The translations under genes were made by a program, and so were the position numbers. Shown here piece by piece: positions 1 to 8,115 of a stretch of DNA of 64,000 bases (positions are counted from its first letter, which is position 1; each line of letters starts with the position of its first letter). This DNA is from Oscillospiraceae bacterium (GTDB taxonomy: Bacteria > Bacillota > Clostridia > Oscillospirales > CAG-272), in the NCBI GenBank assembly GCA_015063645.1, contig SVTS01000001.1:23578-87577 (forward strand), in the 5' to 3' direction. The notes under the pieces were generated by a model. The model saw only the letters and a program-made list of their open reading frames with translations. It made no database searches and was not told where the DNA came from.

Positions 1-1204
1 TCAGTTTATCAATGTTTTCATGATTTTCTGCATGGGCATCGGCATGGGTGCTTCCGTCCTTACCTCCCGTTTCTGGGGCATGAAGGATCTTGGATCACTG
101 AAAAAAGCGGTTACAATCATGCTGCGCTTCTGCTTTATTTTCAGTACAGTATTCACCGCAGCCACGATTATCTGTCCCTCACTGATCATGCAGATCTATT
201 CATCTGAGGCGGACATTATTGATTACGGAGTAACCTATCTGCGCTGGATCATTCCCACGTATTTCTGTATGGGATTTTCACTGACATGCACGATCGTGCT
301 CCGCAGTGTTGGGCAGGTGAAAATTCCGCTTACCAGTTCAATCATTGCATTTTTTGTAAATGTATTTTTTAACTGGGTATTCATTTTCGGTAAACTCGGT
401 GCGCCGCGCATGGAAATCGGCGGCGCAGCTCTCGGCACTCTGATCGCACGTATTTTTGAGCTTCTTTTTATCTGCGGTTATTTCTTTCTATTTGACAAAC
501 GAATCACTTACCGCTTCCGTGATCTTTTCACAAAGTGCCGGGACCTGCTCCGCGAATACATACGCATCAGCATCCCTGTACTGATTTCCGACGGACTGCT
601 CGCCCTCGGCAACAATGCCGTTGCCATGGTTATGGGAAGAATCGGCAAGGCATTTGTGGCAGCCAACTCAGTGACTGTTGTGGTACAGCAGCTCAGTTCC
701 GTTCTGACGCAGGGTATTTCCAATGCCAGCGGAATCATCACAGGTCACACCATGGGAGAAGGTGACTACAAAAAAGCGCAGCGTCAGGGATACACATTCC
801 TCATCATGGGATTCATTATCGGTGTTTTCGCCGCGCTTGTTATTCTTCTTCTGCGCAATCCCATTGTCAATTACTATGATGTATCTCCCGAGGCAAGGGA
901 GATTGCCTTCCAGCTGATGGATGCTATTTTGATTATTGTGATTTTCCAGTCCATGAACTCCATTCTCACCAAAGGTGTTCTCCGGGCGGGAGGCGATACA
1001 AAATTCCTGATGGCAGGCGATATTCTTTTCCTCTGGGTTGCGTCCGTTCCGCTCGGTGCGCTGGCAGGTCTTGTATTCCATTGGCCGGCATTCTGGGTAT
1101 ACACGTTCCTTAAGATCGACCAGATCATCAAATGTATTTGGTGTTATTTCCGTTTGAGAAGCGGAAAATGGCTGAAGAAAATCCATTCGGCAGGCAGTAA
1201 ATAA
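1..1204 (+). CDS. MATE family efflux transporter, 5'-truncated by window edge
   Basis: Frame of ORF 20..1204 stays open to base 2. Polytopic hydrophobic protein with MATE-like half-repeat motifs (SRFWGMKD, VLRAGGDTKF). A hairpin terminator follows. Confidence 0.75.
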   Translation, partial: QFINVFMIFCMGIGMGASVLTSRFWGMKDLGSLKKAVTIMLRFCFIFSTVFTAATIICPSLIMQIYSSEADIIDYGVTYLRWIIPTYFCMGFSLTCTIVLRSVGQVKIPLTSSIIAFFVNVFFNWVFIFGKLGAPRMEIGGAALGTLIARIFELLFICGYFFLFDKRITYRFRDLFTKCRDLLREYIRISIPVLISDGLLALGNNAVAMVMGRIGKAFVAANSVTVVVQQLSSVLTQGISNASGIITGHTMGEGDYKKAQRQGYTFLIMGFIIGVFAALVILLLRNPIVNYYDVSPEAREIAFQLMDAILIIVIFQSMNSILTKGVLRAGGDTKFLMAGDILFLWVASVPLGALAGLVFHWPAFWVYTFLKIDQIIKCIWCYFRLRSGKWLKKIHSAGSK

Positions 1205-1207
1205 AAC

Positions 1208-1241
1208 GGAGCCGCACTTCAAAAAGTGCGGCTCTTTCTTT
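1208..1241. terminator. Rho-independent terminator between convergent genes
   Basis: ggagccgcac / gtgcggctc stem with an 8-nt loop, followed by tttcttt. Lies between the stop of the MATE gene (+) and the stop of the ligase gene (-). Confidence 0.6.
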
Positions 1242-1249
1242 AATCATCT

Positions 1250-2944
1250 TTACTCGATCGTTGTGTCCAGCTTAAAACGCATGATTTTTCTCAGCGTATT
1301 TTTGGGGAATTCCGTCTTTCTGACTTTGATTACCGTGATTTTCTTATACGGCACGGTGTTTTTATTGTACTCCTCCACGTATTTGCGGAAGTGCTCTTTC
1401 ATATCTTCGACACCGTTTTTCTCCATATACTCCTTATCGGGATATATTTCTGCAACGATGGCATTGTGAGCGATTCCGCGTCTGCTCTGACCTTCATAAA
1501 CGATTATATCCTGGATACCGGGTGCAGCGATGAGGATATTCTCAATTTCCTCCGGATATACATTCTTACCGTTGGAAAGAATGATCAGGTTTTTCTTTCT
1601 GCCGGTGATCGTCAGAATATTATCGTCCAGTCTGCCGTAATCACCGGTGCGGAAAAATCCATCCTCGCCGATTGCTTCCGCGGTAGCGGCGGGATCGCGG
1701 TAATACCCCAGCATCACGTTCGGGCCTTTGACGCAGATCTCTCCCTCCCCGTCTTCATTGGGATCATCGATACGCACTGTATCGGAATCAATCACCGCAC
1801 CGACAGTTCCGGGAATATTACGGCGGCTGTGATTCACAGCAATAACGGGAGCACACTCTGTGATACCGTAACCGTTCAGCGTGGAGATACCGATCGCTTC
1901 AAAGAATTCGATAATTTCAGGATTGATCGGTGCACCGCCGGAAATAATCATACGAAGTTCTCCGCCGAATGCAGCACGGATGCTGGCAAACAGTTTTTTC
2001 CGCAGATCAATTCCGGCTTTGCGCATGGAATTGCTGAAACGGATCAGCTTGGCAAGGGCTTGTTCTTTCCCCTGATCTTTCACATTGGCAAGAATCTTTC
2101 TGTAGAAGGTTTCCAAATACAGGGGCACAAGGATCATATGACCTGGTTTCTGTTCTTTCAGTTCTTTCTGTACATAACGCAGTCCGGCAGAAATATACAC
2201 TTCGCATCCGATGCTTACATGTCCGAGAAGCATAACGGAAGAGCCGAAAGTATGATGAAGCGGAAGAACGCCGACAGTTTTTTCACTGAAATCCATATAG
2301 GGAATTACATCGGCGACATCACAGAGAACAGCATGCTGGGAAAGCATAACGCCTTTTCCCTTGCCGGTGGTGCCGGATGTAAATACAAGAAGAGACATAG
2401 CTTCCGGATCAACGGGCGCATTATTATACGCATCCGGATTCTCCCCGTACTTCACCCGACCGTTCTCAAGCCATGCGAACAAAGTGTTATCGGCTTCACG
2501 GTTCTGCATGTACACAGGCGGACACATAAGATTCACCGCATCTGCGATAGAAGCTGCTTTGTCCGCCAGATCCTTATCGCAGAACAAAAAATCAGCGTTC
2601 GCCGAATGGGCAGTATCGGCAAGATCTCCGGCAAGCCAGTCTCCGTCCAGCGGAACGATTACTGCGCCAACAGACAGACCTGCAAAATATGTCAAAACCC
2701 AATCATAGGAGAATTTTCCGATCACAACGCAGTGTTTTCCATCACATCCTCTGGCAAGCATTTCCGAGGCAAGGGCACGCACATCATCACGGAAACGGGT
2801 AAAGGGGATACGGATCACCTCACCGCTCATCGGTTTTTCTCGGAAAGAATAGGCAGTTCTGTCCGCATATTTCTCGCCTGCCCATTCCACAAGATCGCGC
2901 ACGCGGGGAAATTCGATTCTTTCATGCAGAACTTCTTTTTTCAT
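1250..2944 (-). CDS. AMP-dependent acyl-CoA synthetase (long-chain fatty acid-CoA ligase-like)
   Basis: 564 aa. AMP-binding signature VFTSGTTGKGKGVMLS, plus GYGITE, TGD and GRKKNLI motifs typical of the ANL superfamily. Confidence 0.85.
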   Translation of the reverse strand: MKKEVLHERIEFPRVRDLVEWAGEKYADRTAYSFREKPMSGEVIRIPFTRFRDDVRALASEMLARGCDGKHCVVIGKFSYDWVLTYFAGLSVGAVIVPLDGDWLAGDLADTAHSANADFLFCDKDLADKAASIADAVNLMCPPVYMQNREADNTLFAWLENGRVKYGENPDAYNNAPVDPEAMSLLVFTSGTTGKGKGVMLSQHAVLCDVADVIPYMDFSEKTVGVLPLHHTFGSSVMLLGHVSIGCEVYISAGLRYVQKELKEQKPGHMILVPLYLETFYRKILANVKDQGKEQALAKLIRFSNSMRKAGIDLRKKLFASIRAAFGGELRMIISGGAPINPEIIEFFEAIGISTLNGYGITECAPVIAVNHSRRNIPGTVGAVIDSDTVRIDDPNEDGEGEICVKGPNVMLGYYRDPAATAEAIGEDGFFRTGDYGRLDDNILTITGRKKNLIILSNGKNVYPEEIENILIAAPGIQDIIVYEGQSRRGIAHNAIVAEIYPDKEYMEKNGVEDMKEHFRKYVEEYNKNTVPYKKITVIKVRKTEFPKNTLRKIMRFKLDTTIE

Positions 2945-3004
2945 GGGGGGATTTTTCCTTTCAAATCATGTATTTACTGTATAATTTATTCCTGCAGTCC
3001 CATT

Positions 3005-3023
3005 GCAGCACACCGTGTGCTGC
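3005..3023. promoter_or_regulatory. Perfect 9+1+9 palindrome GCAGCACAC-c-GTGTGCTGC upstream of ligase gene (candidate TetR operator)
   Basis: Read directly from the sequence. A near-identical copy lies at 3654..3670, upstream of the TetR gene. Confidence 0.4.
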
Positions 3024-3031
3024 TTTAATTC

Positions 3032-3055
3032 AATCGGGAATTAACATTCCCGATT
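3032..3055 (-). terminator. Hairpin immediately after TetR stop (weak terminator candidate)
   Basis: aatcgggaat-taac-attcccgatt, a perfect 10-bp stem starting 3 nt after the stop codon. The U-run on the minus strand is poor. Confidence 0.35.
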
Positions 3056-3057
3056 AT

Positions 3058-3639
3058 TTATATTCTCATTCCGTCAAGAAGAATTCCGAAACTGTAGCGG
3101 AAATTCCTGACGGCTTCTTCCTTCGGTAAATTGCGTCCTACGGCATCTGCGTTATAACCGCGGCAGAAGCACCAGATCGCATAACTCATCACATCGGAAT
3201 CCACATCCCGTATATAACGCTGTTCTTTGGCGTAATCGATCAGTTTTTTGATCTCAGCCACCCACCATTCAAAATTTCCCGAGGAATTGGAATCGCTCTC
3301 AAATATGTACTGTGTAAAGTGCATTTTTGTATCGTAGGATATTTCAAGGGAACTGACAACAACGTCCTTCACGTATTCAAAGAAATCCTGCGATGTATCA
3401 AACTCACGCATGATACTCTGACGGACTTTCATGGAAATATTCTTATACACAATATCCAGCACTTCTTCAATATTGTGGAACCGGTTATAAAACACCCGGT
3501 TTGTTATTTCCATTTCTTTCAGAATCTGACGAACAGTCAGCATATGCGCTCCGTGGGTCAGAACAAGGTTTTCCGCTGTTTCAATAATTTTCTGCGACAT
3601 CTCATCGATGATCAGTTCTATATCTGCCTGTGCCACCAC
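3058..3639 (-). CDS. TetR/AcrR family transcriptional regulator
   Basis: 193 aa. N-terminal HTH region (LTVRQILKEMEITNRVFYNRFHNIEEVL) fits the TetR_N pattern, and the C-terminal part is a helical ligand-type domain. Confidence 0.8.
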   Translation of the reverse strand: MVAQADIELIIDEMSQKIIETAENLVLTHGAHMLTVRQILKEMEITNRVFYNRFHNIEEVLDIVYKNISMKVRQSIMREFDTSQDFFEYVKDVVVSSLEISYDTKMHFTQYIFESDSNSSGNFEWWVAEIKKLIDYAKEQRYIRDVDSDVMSYAIWCFCRGYNADAVGRNLPKEEAVRNFRYSFGILLDGMRI

Positions 3640-3653
3640 TGCACCTCCCGTTC

Positions 3654-3670
3654 CAGCACACTGTGTGCTG
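3654..3670. promoter_or_regulatory. 8+1+8 palindrome CAGCACAC-t-GTGTGCTG upstream of TetR start (candidate autoregulatory operator)
   Basis: Lies 15 nt upstream of the TetR start codon (3639, minus strand). Same core as 3005..3023. Confidence 0.4.
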
Positions 3671-3863
3671 CTATTATATCATACTATATGTGCTCTGTCA
3701 AGCCTCCTGCACCACATTATCTGAAAACCTTTTCAATAAATTTGCCTGCATCTATTGATTTCATGTAAATTATATGATATCATTAATGTAACTATGGCAT
3801 TCTGTTATATAATCGTATTATTTAATGCGATATACGGATGTTCTCAAGAAAGGATAAGTATCA

Positions 3864-4751
3864 ATGCAGAATTATGTTCTCAGCTGCTGCTCGACAGCGG
3901 ATCTCAGCCATGAGCATTTTGCTTCCCGCGATATTCAGTATATTTGTTTCCACTACACCATGGACGGTGTTGAGCGGCTGGATGACCTTGGACAGTCTCT
4001 GTCCTTCGAAAAATTCTATGCTGCCATGCAGGCAGGGGCTGACACCAAGACATCTCAGGTAAGCGCGGGCGAATACATAGCTCATTTTGAGAAGTTTCTA
4101 TCTCAGGGCAAGGATGTTCTCCATGTAACGCTTTCTTCCGGTCTTTCCGGCACGCACATGTCTGCCCGCGCAGCGGCACAGATGCTTGCGGAAAAATATC
4201 CGGAAAGAAAAATCCGTATTGTGGATTCCCTTGGCGCTTCTTCCGGTTTCGGTCTCATCATGGAAACGCTGGCAGATCTTCGCGACGGCGGAATGGAGAT
4301 GGATGCTCTTGCTGACTGGATTGAGGAAAACAAACTCAGAATGCATCACTGGTTCTTCTCCTCTGATCTGACGTTCTTCGTCAAGGGCGGCCGCGTATCC
4401 AAAACTGCAGGCGCTATCGGCGGTATGCTCGGTATCTGCCCGCTTCTGAACATGGATTTTGAAGGACATCTTATTCCCCGCGAAAAGATCCGTCCCAAAA
4501 AGAAAGTTATCAACCGGATCGTTGAAATGATGAAAGAACATGCGGAAAACGGGACGGATTACAGCGGAAAATGCTTCATCTGTCATTCAGCCTGCTTTGA
4601 AGATGCACGTGCTGTTGCCGATCTTGTTGAAGCAAATTTCCCCAAGCTGAACGGAAAGGTTGTTATCAACAACATTGGAACAACCATCGGAAGTCACACC
4701 GGTCCCGGTACTGTGGCACTCTTCTTCTGGGGCGATAAGAGAATAGACTGA
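3864..4751 (+). CDS. fakB: DegV family fatty-acid-binding protein (FakB-like)
   Basis: 295 aa, with DegV-like length and motifs (STADL..., VDSLGASSGFG, HTGPG). Immediately upstream of a DAK2/FakA-like gene. Confidence 0.7.
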   Translation: MQNYVLSCCSTADLSHEHFASRDIQYICFHYTMDGVERLDDLGQSLSFEKFYAAMQAGADTKTSQVSAGEYIAHFEKFLSQGKDVLHVTLSSGLSGTHMSARAAAQMLAEKYPERKIRIVDSLGASSGFGLIMETLADLRDGGMEMDALADWIEENKLRMHHWFFSSDLTFFVKGGRVSKTAGAIGGMLGICPLLNMDFEGHLIPREKIRPKKKVINRIVEMMKEHAENGTDYSGKCFICHSACFEDARAVADLVEANFPKLNGKVVINNIGTTIGSHTGPGTVALFFWGDKRID

Positions 4752-4775
4752 CTTTATAAGAGGTATGGGAACATC

Positions 4776-6503
4776 ATGAAGGAAACTGATAATAATGTAT
4801 CCCGCGATGCATCTGTACAGAATATGCCGGCAAATACCCATCCGGATGAATTTCTGGATGGAGAAATGTTCTCCAATATGGTACGGGGCGGAGCTGCACA
4901 GCTCCGTGCAAACGCGGAAGAAGTAAATAACCTCAATGTATTCCCTGTTCCGGACGGTGATACAGGCGATAATATGCGCATGACCATCGAGGGCGGCGTT
5001 GCCGCTCTGGATGGTGTGCATTCCAAGGATCTCGCGGCGGTTACGCAGAAGCTTTCAAAAGGCATGCTGCTCGGTGCACGCGGCAATTCCGGTGTTATTC
5101 TCTCCCAGTTTTTTGCCGGAATGACGAAAGGATTTGCCAAGCATCAGCGGGCTAATGCTGAGGTAGTCGGTGTTGCCATGCAGGAGGGCGTCAAGCAGGC
5201 ATATGCTTCCGTAATCACACCGACTGAGGGTACGATTCTCACCGTTGCCAGAGAAGCAGTGGAATATGCGGTCGGACGCATCACAGCGGCGAGCACCATC
5301 ACTTCTCTTTTCTCAGATCTTATCAAGGAGATGTACAATTCCCTGCAGCGAACCCCGGAGCTTCTCTCCGCACTGAAGGAAGCCAATGTCATCGACAGCG
5401 GCGGCGCAGGATTGTTTTACATCATGCAGGGTGCATACAAGATCCTGGTAGGGGAGGAGATCAAGAATCAGGACGATCTGCCGCTTGTACAGTCTCCCAC
5501 GGTAGATTTCTCCTCATTCGGTGCTGACAGCGAAATGACATTCGGTTACTGCACGGAGCTTCTGCTGCAGCTGATGAACGCTAAAGTGAATCCGGATACG
5601 TTTGATGAAAAGATCATCACCGAATATTTGCAGACCATCGGTGATTCCATTGTGGCTTTCAAAACGGACTCCATTATCAAGGTGCACGTACACACCCAGA
5701 CTCCGGAGAAGGTACTGGAATTCTGTCGGCGGTACGGTGAATTTTTGACAATCAAAATCGAAAACATGAGTGTTCAGCACTCTCAGGTTCTGACCGAAGA
5801 AAAATCCGACGAGCAGCGGGAGGTTCCTTCTGCTCCTTCCAAGGATTTCGGAACTGTAGCGGTTGCAAGCGGTGCAGGAATTGCCGATCTGTTCAAGCAG
5901 CTCGGTGTGGATGAGATCGTACACGGTGGTCAGACGCAGAATCCTTCTGCGCAGGATTTCCTGGCTGCATTTAAAAAAGTCAACGCAAAAAATATTTTCG
6001 TATTCCCCAACAACGGAAATATTGTCATGGCAGCCAAGCAGGCAGCGCAAATCTATGATGCAGGTACTGTTTACGTAATTGAAAGCAAGAATCTCGGTCA
6101 GGGTTATGCGGCAATTTCTTCACTGAATTTCCAGTCCGGTGATCCTGCGCAGATTACGGAAATGCTGACAGAAGCCATGTCCCTCGTGACGACCGGATGT
6201 ATTTCCACAGCTGTCCGCAGCGCAGATCTGAACGGTGTACACATTGAGTGCGGCGACTATATCGGATTTGTCGGAAAAGAAATGTTGGTCTCCGAGAAGG
6301 ACAAGCTTACTGCCGCGAAAGCTCTGATTGAGAAAATGGGCGGAGATGAGATGTATCTGATCACGGCATTTACCGGCAGTGAAGCCGCTCCTGAGGAAAC
6401 CGAAGCACTGAGTGATTGGCTTGCCGAAAAGTATCCCGATGTGGAATTCTACACGGTTGACGGCGGTCAGGATGTTTATCCGTTTATCTTTGTTGTCGAA
6501 TAA
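4776..6503 (+). CDS. fakA: DAK2 domain protein (fatty acid kinase FakA / YloV-like)
   Basis: 575 aa. DhaL-type motif FPVPDGDTGDNM near the N-terminus, followed by a YloV-like C-terminal extension. Starts 24 nt after the DegV gene. Confidence 0.7.
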   Translation: MKETDNNVSRDASVQNMPANTHPDEFLDGEMFSNMVRGGAAQLRANAEEVNNLNVFPVPDGDTGDNMRMTIEGGVAALDGVHSKDLAAVTQKLSKGMLLGARGNSGVILSQFFAGMTKGFAKHQRANAEVVGVAMQEGVKQAYASVITPTEGTILTVAREAVEYAVGRITAASTITSLFSDLIKEMYNSLQRTPELLSALKEANVIDSGGAGLFYIMQGAYKILVGEEIKNQDDLPLVQSPTVDFSSFGADSEMTFGYCTELLLQLMNAKVNPDTFDEKIITEYLQTIGDSIVAFKTDSIIKVHVHTQTPEKVLEFCRRYGEFLTIKIENMSVQHSQVLTEEKSDEQREVPSAPSKDFGTVAVASGAGIADLFKQLGVDEIVHGGQTQNPSAQDFLAAFKKVNAKNIFVFPNNGNIVMAAKQAAQIYDAGTVYVIESKNLGQGYAAISSLNFQSGDPAQITEMLTEAMSLVTTGCISTAVRSADLNGVHIECGDYIGFVGKEMLVSEKDKLTAAKALIEKMGGDEMYLITAFTGSEAAPEETEALSDWLAEKYPDVEFYTVDGGQDVYPFIFVVE

Positions 6504-6511
6504 AATATACA

Positions 6512-6546
6512 AAAAGGATTGCCGAATTGCGGCAATCCTTTTTGCA
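6512..6546. terminator. Rho-independent terminator between convergent genes
   Basis: aaaaggattgccg / cggcaatcctttt stem with a T-run. Lies between the fakA-like (+) and MATE (-) stops. Confidence 0.65.
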
Positions 6547-6580
6547 TTTTATCGAATTCCATTTGATTTCCGGTACAGCT

Positions 6581-7993
6581 TCATGCGTTATTTTCGTGCT
6601 TACTTACAATATTCTTTGCCCAGAATCCGGATGCCAGCAGGGGGATGGCGATACCCATTTTGATCAGGTCGGTAGCCTGCACAATTGCATAGCATGCAAC
6701 GACGGGCAAAACAGTAAAACGACAGAGCACTAAAGAAACTACAACAGGAACACACCATGTATAGAGACAGTCGAACAAAAACGTAACCACAGTTTTACCG
6801 CCGGATCGGATTGTAAAGTATGCTACATGCACATAGGAATGGACCGGAAGCACAAATCCCTGTACACGAAGCATGGCAGCGGCTATATCGCTTGTGCTGC
6901 GCTCCACGTCGTACAGCATGGGAATCAGATCTGCGGTAAGCAGAAGAACGATTCCGATACAAATGTGGATGACTTCCGTGACGAATATCAGCTTTTTATC
7001 GATTGCTTTTGCTTCATCAATTTTTCCGGCACCGAGTTTCTGACCGACCATGATGGACACGACGGAACCCATCGCAAACATGATGACGCAGAAAAGATTC
7101 CAGGCCGTAGCGGCAATATTCGAAGCTGCAACAACCGCCAGACCGCGGCTGGCGTAGTTTCCGTTGATTACGGTCATACCAAGCGACCAGAGAAGCTCAT
7201 TCAGCATCAGCGGTGTACCGGTTATGATGATCTGTTTACACAGTGATGCAGGAATACCGAATTTTCTGTATGCACCTTTGATAAACGGATACGCCTCTGC
7301 ATGACGGTGCGTATAAATAATCAAATAACCGGCTTCCAGAACACGCGCAGTCACTGTTGCGAGAGCCGCACCGGCGACTCCCATTTCCGGGAAGAAAAAT
7401 GCGCCGTAGATCAGGCAGTAATTCAGCACAAGATTGACAAAGATCGCAATAACGGAGGCGATCATGGGGTGAACGGTTTCCCCTGTTTTCCTGAGCAGAC
7501 CGGCATAAATCTGTGTAAACACAAAAGGAAGCAAGCCCCATACGGCGATACGCAGGTAGGATTCTGCACATTGCAGTGTAGCCGCCACCGCTTCGGGGGA
7601 ATTATTCTCATTTTCCAGGAACAGAAGAGCCAGCGAATCGCCCCACAGAAGAAACAGACTGACAGCAGCTGCGGTAGTGAAAATACCAAAATACATGCGG
7701 AATCGGAATGTATGCCGCATGCCCTGCCAGTCCCGTGTTCCGAAGAACTGCGCACCGAATATGGATGCACCGGAAAGACCGCCGAATATGGTCAGGTTAT
7801 ATACATTGACAAGCTGATTGATAATGGATACGCCGCTGAGTGGTTCTTCTCCCAGTGCCCCCACCATAAGATTATCCAGAAGGGTAACAAAACTTGTAAT
7901 GCCCTGCTGGATTACAAGGGGAATCGCAATTGCAAGTACCATGCGGTAAAATGCACGGTCACCGATATACTTCTGTCTGAACAAAGCGAGCAT
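6581..7993 (-). CDS. MATE family efflux transporter
   Basis: 470 aa polytopic protein. N-terminus (AIPLVIQQGITSFVTLLDNLMVG) and the second-half motif are typical of MATE/NorM-like exporters. Confidence 0.85.
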   Translation of the reverse strand: MLALFRQKYIGDRAFYRMVLAIAIPLVIQQGITSFVTLLDNLMVGALGEEPLSGVSIINQLVNVYNLTIFGGLSGASIFGAQFFGTRDWQGMRHTFRFRMYFGIFTTAAAVSLFLLWGDSLALLFLENENNSPEAVAATLQCAESYLRIAVWGLLPFVFTQIYAGLLRKTGETVHPMIASVIAIFVNLVLNYCLIYGAFFFPEMGVAGAALATVTARVLEAGYLIIYTHRHAEAYPFIKGAYRKFGIPASLCKQIIITGTPLMLNELLWSLGMTVINGNYASRGLAVVAASNIAATAWNLFCVIMFAMGSVVSIMVGQKLGAGKIDEAKAIDKKLIFVTEVIHICIGIVLLLTADLIPMLYDVERSTSDIAAAMLRVQGFVLPVHSYVHVAYFTIRSGGKTVVTFLFDCLYTWCVPVVVSLVLCRFTVLPVVACYAIVQATDLIKMGIAIPLLASGFWAKNIVSKHENNA

Positions 7994-8076
7994 AATAAAC
8001 CGTCCTTTTCTGAAAAAGCCGCACTGCGGCTGTGAGGGGTATTATACCATATTTATGCTGTAAAAGCAATAGAAAT

Positions 8077-8112
8077 TAAAATGCTGTTTCCTCCTGCGAG
8101 GAAACAGCATTT
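8077..8112 (-). terminator. Rho-independent terminator after GH78-like gene
   Basis: Stem gctgtttcctc-ctgc-gaggaaacagc with T-runs in both orientations. Starts 4 nt past the stop at 8116. Confidence 0.6.
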
Positions 8113-8115
8113 TTG

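Noticed and set aside
3005-3023. The GCAGCACACcGTGTGCTGC hairpin as the TetR gene's terminator.
   Set aside because: On the minus (transcribed) strand it is followed by AATGGG, not a U-run. A near-identical palindrome recurs upstream of the TetR start, which fits an operator better.
1391-3028. Long antisense ORFs opposite almost every real gene. Examples: 1391..3028, 8170..9750, 11362..12831, 13225..14175, 17017..18867, 22956..24389, 31748..33448, 33716..34810, 37321..38304, 39128..40228, 42993..43904, 46904..47911, 48913..50385, 50901..52013, 55740..57143, 57424..58887, 59951..61546, 62022..63029.
   Set aside because: They are mirror-frame shadows of the GC-biased coding strand. Their composition is skewed and low-complexity (rich in R, H, G, C, I and F), they have no RBS, and they carry no family motifs. 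The opposite-strand ORF in each case carries clear family signatures and proper RBS and terminator context.
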